NCBI RefSeq assembly: GCF_006345805.1
Contig: NC_043000.1
Coordinates: 6,324,001 to 6,388,000 of the forward strand
DNA length: 64,000 nt
Reading direction: 5' to 3'
Source of the DNA: Octopus sinensis
Lineage: Eukaryota
A model generated the notes under the pieces. That model was not told where the DNA came from. It saw nothing but the letters and a program-made list of their open reading frames with translations, and ran no database searches. The number at the start of each line of letters is the position of its first letter. The first letter of the stretch is position 1. This document shows, one piece after another, positions 38,978-52,889 of this stretch. The position numbers were made by a program, and so were the translations under genes.

Positions 38978-39696
38978 TTAGAAACTTCTTTTAAAGTGAT
39001 CTAAATTAAAAACCTTCTGTCAAAATTTCATGTTAGTTTATGTTCCAAACAAGAAGCATAATAATAAGGTTATTTCACAAAATTTTTCATTATCTTCAAA
39101 AGTAATTGAAAGAACGGTAGTTTATTTCAATAGAAATACAGTGACAAAAGGGTTTAAGTGGTCTAAATTAAAATCTTCCATGAAAATTTTACGTTCATTT
39201 ATGTTCCAAAAAAACAAGTATAAAAATAACAATTTTTTTTTTCTACTAAAACCTTCATTATCTTCAAAAGTAATTGAAACAAAGTCTGTGTATTTTGATA
39301 GAAATATGGTAACAAAAGGCTTGAAGTAATCTAAATTAAAATCTTTCATCAAAACTTCCTGTTCATTTGCATTCCAAACAACAAGCATTATCATAACAGT
39401 CTCTATCTCTACGTGTCTCCCCTTACTCTAAGCAGAACAAGAGGAGTCACGTGGGACGGAGTGTTGCTAAAGAGGTCACAGGAGGTGTGACAAAAGAGCT
39501 TTGACAAAGAAACTAAAAAAATAACAAAGTTATTTTACTAAATTCTTCATTATCTTCAAAAGCAGTATATTTCAATAGAAATATGGTTACAAAAGGATTT
39601 CATTTTAATTCATGTTCCAAAACCCAACTTAATGACAAAATTATTTTACTAAATTCTTTCTTATTTTCGAAAGTAACTCCAGCAAAGGCAGTGTGT

Positions 39697-40112
39697 GGAT
39701 CTTTTCAGTTTGAACGGCAGTTTTTAAAATAATTTCCACGTAACTAAACACTTTTAAACTTCGTATACTGGTAGAATGTGTTTATAAAACATCTTTTTCT
39801 CTTGGCTTTATTGAGAAAATTCTATAGTTTGTAAGATATTTGTTGTTTTTTTTCTTCAATTTCTGCAATTTCAACCAATCACTGACGTCTACTGAGGTAA
39901 AAAAAACATTCTATGCCGTATGAATATGTCCCTCATTTAAGAAACAGATTGGGTTTATTTACATTTGTGAAAAAAAAAGATACCCTCCCCCCCCCCTAAC
40001 CCTAACCCTAAAACAGATTGAAATGCAATAGATCGATACTAGGGTCATAATTATGGGTGACAATTTCATATGACACCACTAGAAAAAACTGCCGTTCAAA
40101 CCAAAAAGATCC
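39697..40112. mobile_element. MITE, second copy, with 8-bp TSD CAGTGTGT
   Basis: TSD at 39689-39696 and 40113-40120. GG...CC termini. Confidence 0.85.
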
Positions 40113-40179
40113 CAGTGTGTTTCAACAGAAATGAGATAACAAAAAGATTAATTTTTACAGACAGGGCTTTAATTTTCAA

Positions 40180-40385
40180 GTAAATAAGCTCACAATGTTA
40201 TCTGGAGTACATTTGCACTTGCAAAGTGCTGAACAGTTCAAATTTGCTCTGACACACTTGGAGAAGTTTTCTTTGCAGGAACACTTGATCAGTTTCCTAT
40301 ACACAATGGAATTGTTAACCACAATGTTTCCCATGACCCTCACACCTTAGTTCAGACAAAACCAAATGGAGAAGGAACCACTAGT
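40180..40385 (-). mobile_element. Remnant encoding a Cys-rich CXC/CRC-like C-terminus typical of DNA-transposon-associated proteins
   Basis: ...SWETLWLTIP / YRKLIKCSCKENFSKCVRANLNCSALCKCKC with a frameshift and stops. Confidence 0.55.
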
Positions 40386-41189
40386 TTAAAGTTAGTTAAA
40401 GTTTCCTTCTCAAGTTATACTGACTCATAAGGAACCCTTTCCTTGTTTCCATGGTGTATAAATTCCTCACTTGAACAGGACACCCATCCATCACAGGATT
40501 ACTCATTTTTGCCAGCTGAGTGGAATGGAGCAACATGAAATGAAGTGTTTTGCTCAAGAACTCATGTCGCCCAGTCCAGGAATTGAAACCACAATCTTAT
40601 GATCATGAGTCCAACACCCTAGCCACTAAGCCATGTGCTTCTACTAGAGAAGGAATCACTGGCTGTGTGTGTATTGGTCTTCCCTCATACTTGCTTAATG
40701 TATTGGTTAATATATTGGGTTCAAATTTTGGCACAAGGCCAGCAATTTCAGGGCACTGAGTAAGTCAATTACATTGACCCCAGTGCTCGACAGGTACTTA
40801 ATTTTATCAACCCCCATAAGAATGAAAGCCAAAGTTGACCTGGGCAGAATTTGAACTCAGAACACAAAGACAGCAGAAATGCTGGTAAGCATTTAGCCCC
40901 AAATTGTATGTTCTTGGTCTTTAAAAGTTGTTGTGAATGCTCTGACCAGTTGTGTTCCTGTATTCTGACCTCAGCTAAGCAGCTTTTAACTACAAATATG
41001 TCTTACTCTGGCACTATGAAAGCAGTTGGGATTAAAGTAATGGCTGGACAAAGGCATAGTTATGTAATTAAGAAATTTCCTTCCCAACCGCAAGGTTTTG
41101 AGTTCAGTCTCACTGCAGAGCAGCTTGGGCAAGTGTCTTCTACTGAAGCTTCAAGTTAACCAAAGCCTTATGAGTGAATTTACCAAAAG

Positions 41190-41860
41190 TGGCCCACTTG
41201 GCACCGTGCATTTGTCACGTCGCCCATCATATTTTAGCATCTGGTTCTCTATTGCTATATTTCAGTATTGCAAAACAGTTGTCATGGGTGTTATTATGGT
41301 GTTTTGTTGATGCCGTTAAGACAGCTGGTTGAGTTAATGAAAGAAGATATGTTTCTTAACTGTGTGAAAAGTAACTGAATGACACCTATGAACATTTAAC
41401 AGAAGAATTTATTGTCACACATAAAGACAAACTGCATTGGCCAATTACAGTTAATAATTAGAGGCAGGGAGAGAGGTGCTACGCTGAGATTACAGAATGC
41501 TATTGGTACGGTAGCATGTGGTTTGCCCACCACTTCTGAGATAAATTGCACAGTCTTTGTGGCAACAAGGGTTCTTGGTCATCTGTCTGAGCCATCTGTC
41601 TTGGCCATCTTCCTGAGTCATTTGCCTGGGCTGTTTGGCTGTAAAAATGTGCTCCAAACAGTTTTTTATACGGGACCAGAAGCCAAATTCTATAGTGTTC
41701 AAAAAACCCTGTCTACTCCATCGCTTCATACTGATTGGTCAGTTAACTGGCCAATCACATTAAACTGTGGTGGTTTGCTCATGTTGTCTGACCATGTATC
41801 CAGGGATTCAGTTTCGAATCACTTCTGCTCATTGAATCAGATGCAAAAATAGAAAATAAA
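41190..41860 (-). mobile_element. Decayed Tc1-like transposase
   Basis: KQPRQMTQEDGQDRWLRQM resembles the Tc1 RPRxTTxxxDRxxxR linker. Heavily frameshifted. Confidence 0.55.
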
Positions 41861-42509
41861 TAAAAAGCAAACTCCTTTCTTAAACATAGTTTCTGGTTTA
41901 ATATCTTTAACCAATCTGAACTTCTCATAACTCATATGGCTGGACAAGAGTGCTTTCTTTCATAAATGTTGATATTATTTCTTAAATGCAATCTCAATGA
42001 ATAATCTAATGCTTTTAAGTACCAAATAATATTCTTTAACCATTTTATTGTGAAAATCAGATATATCCACTCAAAACTTCATTACCCTTAACTGCAGAAA
42101 GCAATTTTATACACCAGTCTGTCTTCTGTTGAAGAATGCCATGTTTGAAACTGTTTTCTAGTGAGATATTTTAAGTTTAATGAAGCATTGTGATTTACAG
42201 AAAATACCAATTCTATTTTTTGATAGATATTTAACACCATTACTGGAACCTGAAATTTGATTTCACAGTGAAATGGTTGAAGGTAATACTAAATGAACTG
42301 ATTATAAGATGTGCTCAGAGTGATGAAACAATTTGAAAGGAGGCTAAAGCAAAAACTACAGTGTTGTATTTCAAATTTTTCTTATGAAAAATTTGTATAT
42401 TTCTATCTAATTAAAAAGGCAGTTGGGTCAACAGTTACTAAGTGGTGGGTCAATGGTTAACGTTCTTTTAATTATACCTTTTATCAATGTTCGCATTCTT
42501 TAAATGTAC

Positions 42510-42634
42510 CTTCATTGGTGTGTGTATTTGTCGAGGTTTAACGTTACCGAGTACAATCTTGCATCTATTGTTAAATTTATTTAGGTATCCCTTTCTGTTC
42601 AAACAAGAAGTTAATACTGATCCCTTCACTGAAC
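42510..42634 (-). other. Candidate exon (125 nt; coding phase 1 to 0, or 5'UTR)
   Basis: Acceptor gttttattgctgttttcag and donor aag|gtacat. One frame is fully open (SVKGSVLTSCLNRKGYLNKFNNRCKIVLGNVKPRQIHTPMK). Confidence 0.3.
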
Positions 42635-43149
42635 CTGAAAACAGCAATAAAACTACAGTAACAAAATGAAAATAGGAGGGAAAACATTTGTAAAAAAAAT
42701 ATTAAACAAAGAAAAACAGCACCACAGCTAATATACTTTGGTTTTAGTGTATTTCCTTCCAACATACCTTTATTACAAATCAGGGGGATGGATTTATCAA
42801 AAGCAGTTTACCTGTTTGTGTAACATCGTTACGACATGCTATCACCTTCTCGTTTTGTCAGCTGTTTATTTCTGCCCTAATTTCTGTACCACATCATTGC
42901 TTCTGTTCATTTCGTTAGACTTTCATGAATTTTTTTTTTTTTTCCTCTTTTTTTTTTCATTTATATATATTAAATACATACTGCAGTGGTGAGCTGGCAG
43001 AATCACTAGCATCCTGGGGGAAATGCTTAGCAGTATTTCGTCCATCCTTATGTGTTCTCAGTTCAAATTCTGCCGAGGCTGACTTTGCCTTTCATCCTTT
43101 CAGGATCAACTGAATAAGAACCAGTTGAGCAGTGGAGCTGATGTAATTG

Positions 43150-43345
43150 ATTTAACTACTCCTGGGCAAGAGTATAAAAACTGCACCCATCTTCCAAGTC
43201 GTGTTGAGCCAGTGTGGCAGAGTATGCTCATCAAAGCTGACATTCACGGCCTGTACATCAGACCATGGTTGGTGGAGAGAACATGCTGAGGGCCTTCATC
43301 CTGTAAAAGACTGACCATAGGCAATCCAATCCAATCCAATCCAAA
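43150..43345 (+). mobile_element. Short LINE 3' fragment with (CCAAT)n tail
   Basis: GC-richer segment ending gaccataggcaatccaatccaatccaatcc. Confidence 0.4.
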
Positions 43346-46224
43346 TACATACTGTATTTACTCATTTGTAAGTTACACTAGTGTATAAGTCACACCCTTA
43401 ATTTAGTGTTAAATCTCGATACAAAATATTTTCCCCTTCATAGTTTTGGCTTTGCCCCATATATAAGCCATACCCCAGATTTTACAGTTGAAATCATATA
43501 TATGTAAAATAGTGCAACTTATACACATGTAATGATAGTAAATATTTACTTATATATTTGTACTTTTAGGGGTTGTTTTACTAACCCGTTTCTGAAAGGC
43601 ACCAGAAGAGATACTGTTTCATTGTTTGGTGGACAAAAGTAATTGAAATTTCCTGAAGAGAATAAAAAAGACTTGTAAACCAATCTGGAAAAAAAATCTC
43701 ACATCACAAGACTTTCAAAGGTAAATGTAAAATGAAAAAGACTTTCATGTCCTCTCTCTTATCATCATCATGACCACCACCACCACCACCACCACTATCA
43801 TAACCATCACAATGACCACTACCACTAAAACTACAACAATCATTACTGCAATCCCCACCACCACTACACTACAATCACCACCACTGCAATCACCACAATC
43901 ACTACAATCATCATCTCCACCACCATCATAACCATTGTTATTTTACATCTGCTTTCCATGCCAGCAAAGGTTGCCTAGTTCGTTATGGTTCAAATCAGTT
44001 GTTAATTAGAATTACTGCTTTCCTAAACAAGTCAGAGGACCACATCTTGCTCATACATATCCTTTCTGTAATAGTTTTTACTGCTGAGTATCTTCCTAAC
44101 ACAAACAACTTTACATAATATTGTGGTGCATTTTATTCTAACACCGGCTGTAGAGAGATTCCATGTTTTGAATAGGATCAAAAGGTCCTCTCAACTCTAA
44201 ATTGGCTTCACTCATTCCCTAGCCATTTTTACAGGGTGTGTTGGGTGCATTTTATCATGATATCAGTAGTAGTGACATTGCCTTCTAGCCTGTAGAATTA
44301 TATTTTGTCTTAGGTTTCTGGAGATAATGACCATTTCCTGACCCATGGCAGAGGTAATTGTTGTTGTCTAAAGTTGCTTTCTCCAGCTCTTCAGTTCTTC
44401 ATGTCACCATTGAGCTTTAAGAAGGCAGTTTTGAATGAATGAATGAATGATGGATTAATAGATAGGCAGATAGACAGATTGATTGGTATGTATGTATGTA
44501 GATACATAGATAGATAGAGAGAGAGAGAGAGAGGGAGAGGGAAAGAGAGCTGTACAAAGAGAAAGATATGTACAGAGAGAGAGAGAGATGTAGATAGATA
44601 GATAGATAATTGGATGGATGGATAGATGGATATACAGAGAGAGAGAAAGAGTGAGAGAGAGCTAGACAGATTGATAGATAGATACATAGGTAGGTAGGTA
44701 GGTAGGTGGATGGATGGGTGGGCAGACAGACTGACAGATCAGAATAGAAAGAGAGAGAAGAAAGATTCAAAGCATAAACTGCTGTCCGAAATGCAAATGG
44801 AATACAATTACGTAGAGAAAATGAAAGGGTAATTGTTGTGATTTTGATGTTGCATGGTAACATGACATACACTGAAGATCTACAGAGACTTGTGGGTAAA
44901 AATGGTAAAAATGATCATTGGCTGACCTTGAACCATAACATATCTGATTGATTACAGTCCATCAGGTATGCTATAGTTCAAGGTCAGTCAAAGGTAAGTT
45001 AAGAAAGGAACTGAACACTAAAGTCAATGGCTAATGTAGATCTGTTCATGTGGCCTACATTACACCAAATCATGTGTGTGTGTGTAGGTGAATAAGGGCT
45101 GTGAGTTAATGGTAGAAGGAAGGAGGGTGTAGAACTGAAATCAAACCAGACTTGACAAGGAGTAATTAGGAGAGCGATTTGAAAACATTGAATTTCACAG
45201 GGTTAAGCTATAACTAGAAATATACACAGTTTCAGACTTGTCCAGTTTTTGTCGTCAGAGGAAAATGGAATTAATGTAATGATGATAATGTTGATGATGA
45301 AAGGTATCTAGGACAAGAAGATTTAAAAGAAGAGATAAGAAGCCTTATTTGTTAATTAAAATCTCTATAAAAATTAGCCAAGCTTGTAACAGGTTACAAT
45401 CATTTCTTTCATCACCTCATAAACTCACTGAGTGAAGCCTGCTTCTTCCTTATTCAAGAAAAGACCAGATTACATTTGCAGTGAGCAGCTTTGACAGTTT
45501 TATAGTTGAGGATCAAATCTCTTGGCACAAATCAAACAGCAGTTATTTAAAATTAATTCTAATGACATGCCTTATAATTATGACGAGCGTAACTTCCTTT
45601 ACACACACTTTCTCTTTATTTTCAACACTCTAATAACTGTCAAATAGATAGGTGCAAGCATGGCAGTGTGATTAAGAGGTTTGCTTCTCAATGACATGGT
45701 TTCTTATTTCTTTATTGCCCACAAGGGGCTAAACATAGAGGGGACAAACAAGGACAGACAAAGTGATTAAGTCGACTATATAGACCCCAATGCATAACTG
45801 GTACTTAATATATCGACCCCGAAAGGATGAAAGGCAAAGTCGACCTCGGCGGAATTTGAACTCAGAATGTAATGGCAGACGAAATACCTATTTCTTTACT
45901 ACCCACGATGGGCTAAACACAGAGGGGACAAACAAGGACAGACAAGTGGATTAAGTCGATTATATCGACCCCAGTACGTAACTGGTACTTATTTAATCGA
46001 CCCCGAAAGGATGAAAGGCAAAGTCGACCTTGGCGGAATTTGAACTCAGAATGTAATGGCAGACAAAATACCACTAAGCATTTCGCCCAGTGTGCTAATG
46101 TTTCTGCCAGATTGTTGCCTTCAATGACATGGTTTCTGGCTTTTATTATAGCCCCAGGTTGATAAAAATCTTGTGAATAGATTTGGTAGATGGAAATTGT
46201 GTGGAAGCCTCTCTATGTATGTGT

Positions 46225-46278
<54 letters not shown>

Positions 46279-46540
46279 CAAAGTGTATGTGTTTGTGCCT
46301 TCTTGTCTTGGCTATATATGAGCTTTGCCATCATGCAAGTGATGTACTTCATTTCCAGTCTTCCATGAAAACATGTCCAGCCATGCAGAAATATCACTTT
46401 ACTTGGAAGGGTATCTGGTCAGAGAAAAATCTGTTGTAACAAATTTTGCCTGATCCATGAAAGCATGAAAAAGTGGATGTCAAAGCAATGATGATGATGA
46501 GGATGAGGATGATGAAGAGGGTGATGATGATGATGATGAT

Positions 46541-46575
<35 letters not shown>

Positions 46576-47439
46576 TGATAACTTCTAAAAGCTCAGACTG
46601 CTGAAATAAATCTAAAAGAAATTATGACCTTTCTAAATAATACCGTAAGTAATTTCCTGGGTTATAGTTCACTTGTCATATACAGTGCGGAAATGTCTTT
46701 ACTTAACTTCAGTTCAGGTTTGCAATGTGTAAAGACATTTTCCCAGGCATGGCTGTCTGGTTAAGAAACTCACTTTTCCGCCACGTGGGTTTGGGTTCAG
46801 TCCCACTGTATGGCATCATTGGGAAAGTGCTTTCTACAACAGCACAGGCAGACACCAATACCTTGTGAATTTGGTACACAGAATCTGTGGTGAAGCCTGC
46901 GGTATATATATATATATATATATATATGTATCATCATCATCATCATCATCGTTTAACGTCCGCTTTCCATGCTAGCATGGGTTGGACGATTTTGATTGGA
47001 GTCTGGCGAACCAGATGGCTGCACCAGACTCCAATCTTGATCTGGCAGAGTTTCTACAGCTGGATGCCCTTCCTAACGCCAACCACTCCGAGAGTGTAGT
47101 GGGTGCTTTTTACATGCCACTGGCATGGGGGCCATTCAGGGGCAGAAACGTTAGCACGCCGGGCGAAATGCGTAGCCGTATTTCGTCTGTCGTTACGTTG
47201 TGAGTTCAAATTCCGCCGAGGTGGACTTTGCCTTTCATCCTTTCGGGGTCGATAAATTAAGTACCAGTTACGCACTGGGGTCGATGTAATCGACTTAATA
47301 CCTATGTCTGTCCTTGTTTGTCCCCTCTGTGTTTAGCCCCTTGTGGGTAATAAAGAAATAGGTACTGGCAATGACCTCACTCAAATCTTTTTCCACATAC
47401 ATACACATGCATATATGGGTACAGGACATCACCAACTGT

Positions 47440-47960
47440 GCAAACAACATGAAATACATAAACAACGAGAGAAAAAATGGAAAACAGGACAAGTAAACAC
47501 AGAGAAAGGACCCTTCGTCAGTTGTCGACTGTCTATTAACGCCTCATTTCAAGCATTTAATGACAATATGAGTCTTCAAAGACAGTTGCTCCTATAAATT
47601 CTAAAATAAAATTTTGGATTTATGGAGGGTCAAAGTTGGGAGCAAAAACATGACAGCGGAGACGTACAAGGAAACCAAACAAAAACAAGAACAGGAGGAA
47701 AATAGTGTTGGGAAAAACATTTTTTGGGAAAGAGAAAAGATAGAAACGATTCATCTCCAAGTAAGTTTATCTTCACCTTTTTGATGCGACTCTCTCTACT
47801 CTCTACTGTTTTCTTCCTCCATCCTTCTCTAATTCCCTTTTCCTCCCCCTCCCTCTTTCACTGATTTCTTTTCTTGCACAGACGTTCAAAAGAGCGGACG
47901 TGTTTTTTTTCTCTTTCTTCTATCTTTTCTCTTTTCAAAAAACTGTTTCTTCCAGTCTTC
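47440..47960 (-). mobile_element. Probable Penelope-like terminal fragment
   Basis: CTGACGAAGGG half-core on the - strand at ~47511-47521, with purine/pyrimidine-skewed pLTR-like body. Confidence 0.4.
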
Positions 47961-47989
47961 ACTATCTTCCTCTCATTCTAGTCCAACGA

Positions 47990-48375
<386 letters not shown>

Positions 48376-49453
48376 TGAGTGTGTGTACTTATCCTGACAG
48401 CATGTGATGGTTGTAAATGAGTGTCAGTGTCATACATATGATGGCATTCATTTTCGGTCTTCCATAAATATTTCCCTATATCTGGCCATGGTAGGTACCA
48501 GTAATATACCAGTGTCACACATCAAATGACTATCTAATCCCCGCAGTAATAGGCCTTGTGTCTAGTCAAGGTAAATCATTATTATTGTAAGAACTGTCCT
48601 ATTACCTACGATTGGCTTTCTGGATTTCCTTCTACTCTATCCTTGTAATAACATTGATTATCGTTACTTCAGGATTTTTATTTTGCCTATTTTATTTATT
48701 TATTTATTTATTTTGTTGTTTATTTAACTGTTCTTTGTCATTCGATATGTTTTAGGTAATTTCCAATTTCCTAGTAAACAGAAACTGGTTTCCTATTTGT
48801 TAATTGTAAAAAAGGCAACATATGTTGTAATCAAATACACAAATGGAACACGGCCCAGTCATTGGTTACATTGTTAAGAAGTTCTCTTTTTGCTAGCATG
48901 TAGTTGTGGGTCCATTCCCAACACGCAACACCTTGGACAAATATCTTCAACTGTAGCATCAGGTTAACTACTATCGTGAACATGGAACTTGGTAACAAAA
49001 AACTGTGTGGAAGCCGGTATACATACCTATTTTTATGCAGGAGTGGCTGTGTAGTAAGTAGCTTGCTTACCAACGGCATGGTTCCGGGTTCAGTCCCACT
49101 GTGTGGCACCTTGGGCAAGTGTCTTCTACTATAGCCTCAGGCTGACCAAAGACTTGTGGGTGGATTTGTTAGACAGAAACTGAAAGAAGCCCGTCGTATA
49201 TATGTATATATATACGTATGTGTGTGTATATGTTTGTGTGTGCGTGTTTGTCCCCCCAACATTGCTTGACAATCGATGCTGGTGTGTTTATGTCCCCGTA
49301 ACTTAACGGTTCAGCAAAAGAGACTGACAGAATATGTACTAGGCTTACAAAGAATAAGTCTTGGGGTCGATTTACTCAGCTAAAAGGTACTGCTCCAGCA
49401 TGGCCACAGTCAAATGACTGAAACAAGTAAAAGAGTAAAAGAGATATATATAT

Positions 49454-49760
49454 AATCAAAATAAGCAACAAGGATATCCAGAGGTAATGCAGTACGATCG
49501 TTTCATGCGACTCCATTTAATTGAACAATGCCATCATTTCATTACATCAATTTAAAATGTAGAGCAATTTTCACCTGCACAAAGACATAGAATTTAATTA
49601 ACTTAGAAGGACACATTAGTATAATTTTTAGTCTGCATTGCCTCTGTATATCCTTGGTACTTATTTTGATTTTAATCACCTTATTTTGAAATTGTATGGA
49701 TAATACCATACTAAATTCTGGTGCCTCAACTTAAGTACTATATTCATATGAATCTAAAGT
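49454..49760. mobile_element. Penelope-like remnant with inverted terminal duplication
   Basis: 39-bp inverted arms at 49454-49492 and 49633-49671 (4 mismatches). Decayed hammerhead half GAA-ACGATCGT-A on the - strand at 49493-49504. Confidence 0.6.
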
Positions 49761-50241
49761 TTATATATATATATATATATATATATGGCTCTGATGAAAG
49801 TAACATTAATTTTCTTAGGTTGTTCAATTTTCCCCAATTGATCAATAGACCAGTTGAGTAAATCCGTCAGTAATGTACCTGTAATGACTACTGGAAACAG
49901 CTGTAAGCCAAATTTGCTCCAATAAAATAAAGATATGTAATGACCATTAGTTTTAATGTGTTTTTTATACACACACACATATATCTATGGCTTAGGGATT
50001 GTTAGACCATGAGTTCAATTCCCAGACTGAGTGGCACATTGTGTTCTCGAGCAAAACACTTCATCATCAAATTGCTCCCATCCACTCAGCTGTAAGTGGG
50101 TAACACTGTGATGGAATTGCCTTCCAGTATGTTGGCCTTCAAATGATGCCACCCCAGTGGCATTATTTGAAAGCTAAAACAATGCAAAGTGCATGTGACC
50201 AGCAGTATATAACAACATCCAATAGTCTGGTCAATACCATG

Positions 50242-50281
<40 letters not shown>

Positions 50282-50437
50282 ATTATTATTATTTGAGGGA
50301 ATAAAATCCAAACTTACAAGGAAAAAGAATTTACTTAATCTTTTATTGTTATTTTAACTTTTCTATTATATGTAATTTTCTAGATGGTATAATTTAATTA
50401 TTCATTTTGAATTGATAAAAAGTGATTTTTTCTTCTA

Positions 50438-50485
<48 letters not shown>

Positions 50486-51959
50486 CATACATCATAATCA
50501 TTGTCTTGGCACTCTGTTGGTTACGACGACGAGGGTCCCAGTTGATCTGATCAATGGAATTGCCTACTCATGAAATTAACGTGCAAGTGGTTGAGCACTC
50601 CACTGACAGATGTACCTACCGTTAACGTAGTTCTCGGGAAGATTCAGTGTGTCACAGAGTGTGACAAGGCTGGCCTTTTGAAATACAGGTGCAACAGAAA
50701 CAAAAAGAAAGAGTGAGAGAAAGTTGTGGAGAAAGAATACAGCAGAGTTCACCACCATTCCCTGCCAGAACCTCATGGAGCTTTAGCCATTTTTGCTCAA
50801 CAAACACTCACAACACACAGTCTGGGAATCAAAACCACGATCACATGACCGCAAGTCTGCAACCCTAACCACTGTGCCATTGTGCTTCCACTAAGGAATA
50901 CTCTGCTGGTTACGATGATGAGGATCCCAGCTGATACGATCAACGGAACAGCTTCCTCATGAAATTAATGTGCAAGTGGCTGAGCACTCCGCAGACACGT
51001 GTACCCTTAATGTAGTTCTCAGGGAGATTCAGTGTGACACAGAATGTGACGAGGCTGAGTGGACTGGAGCAACGTGAAATAAAGTTTCTTGTTCAAGAAC
51101 ACAACGCGTTGCCAGGAATTGACCTCATGACCTGACGATCATGAGCCAAATGCCCGAAGCACTAGGCCACATACTTTCACATACATATGTGTGTGTGTGC
51201 ATATATATATATATATATAATATATATATATATTATCATCATCATCATCATTGTTTAACGTCCTCTTTCCATGCTAGCATGGGTTGAACGATTTAACTGA
51301 GGACTCGTGAACCAGATGACTGCACCAGGTTCCAATCTGATCTAGCAGAGTTTCTACAGCTGGATGCCCTTCTTAATGCCAACCACTCCAAGAGTGTAGT
51401 GGGTGCTTTTACGTGCCACTGGCACGAGGGCCAGTTAGACGGTACTGGCAACGGTCACACTCAAATGGTGTTTTTACATGCCACCTGCACAGGAGCCAAT
51501 CCAGCAGCTCTGTCAACGACCTTGCTCGAATGATTTTTTATGTGCCAGTAAGGCAACATTGGTAACGATCATGCTCAAATGGTGCTTTTTACGTTCCACC
51601 AACACAGAAGCCAGTTAGCTGCTCTGGCAACGATCATGCTCAGATGGTGCTCTTAGTGCTCCACCATCTGAGCACTGAACGTATTATCTCACATTACAAT
51701 AGAGATGTTATTGTTTCACTTTTGACACGTAATACTGAAATAGTATAAGAGAGAAGAAATTGCTCTAGGCGCACATTAAGCAAATAGTTGAAAATAATTT
51801 TGGCCTATGATACTGCACGGACCCTAAATAAGTCATGTGTAAAATCTGAATGAAATTGGTTGGGTAGTTCTCAAGTTTTAGTGATGCACACATACAGACA
51901 CACACACACAGACAGACACACATTCTCAGTTTTATATATAGAGATTTATATATATATAA

Positions 51960-52889
51960 AATGTCTGCATTTTAAGTTTTTAATTTCGCACAAGTGCATT
52001 GTTTGTTTTTGCTTTCGTTAACTACACATTATAACTGGGTAACATTTGAGAAAAACAGTACCATGACACAACAGATTCAGCCAGAAATTTGGACACGACA
52101 TGCTGTACTGCTTGGCATTCATGCCAGAAGCTCCAATACAAACATTTCAGAGTGTTTGGGTGTCAATCTAAGAACAGTGCATGTACCAAGAGTGATAAAA
52201 ATCAAACATCCAGTCAACATCATGGTGAAATTTAAGAAATGGTGGTATTTGATCGTCTAAAATGTGTAAAACCATAACCGTCAGCAAATAATGTCCGCCG
52301 TAAGTTGCTCTAAGAAGGCTCAGTCAACAATAATCAATAAAGAACATAAATAAATTCATCTTCCTTCATGGCCTCAAACTCAAGTGCCTACATCAAGTGC
52401 CTAGAGGAGGTAGTGCTGCCCCGGGTGAAGAGGGTGACTGCTGGAAGACTCTATGTCTGGCAACAGGACCCTGCACTTATGGTACACAAGTAGGAGAAGC
52501 CAGTCACGGCTGTCAGACAGTTTCTGCGACCACATCACCCCAAACATCTGGCCACCTAACACCCCAGACTGTAACCCCCTTGGTTATTATGTGTGGGATG
52601 CAGTTGAGTGAGAGACCAACAAAATTCCTTGTAACATCAAAGATGAACTGCATTCATTATGGCAGCATTCACCAACTTAAACAAAAGAGTTGAAAAAGAT
52701 TCTGAAAAAGATTCTGAAGTCACCTAGAGGCTGTGACTGAAGCCAATGGCAATTTTATTGAATAAATTTACTCTTTAGTAGTTCAAGATATTTTTATGTA
52801 ATTTTGGTAAATATATCTGTCAAAATGAGATGTCAGTGTTATTTTCATTTTTGATTAACTTAGATTAACAATATATTCACCACACCCTG
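51960..52889 (+). mobile_element. Internally deleted Tc1/mariner (maT/Tc3-like) element
   Basis: EIWTRHAVLLGIHARSSNTNISECLGVNLRTV, YVWQQDPA and IWPPNTPDCNPLGYYVWDAVE. Right end ...ccacaccctg|TA. Confidence 0.85.

Noticed and set aside
47500-47525. Complete hammerhead at CTGACGAAGGG (- strand)
   Set aside because: Only the first half-core is present. The stem II partner and GAAA are missing.
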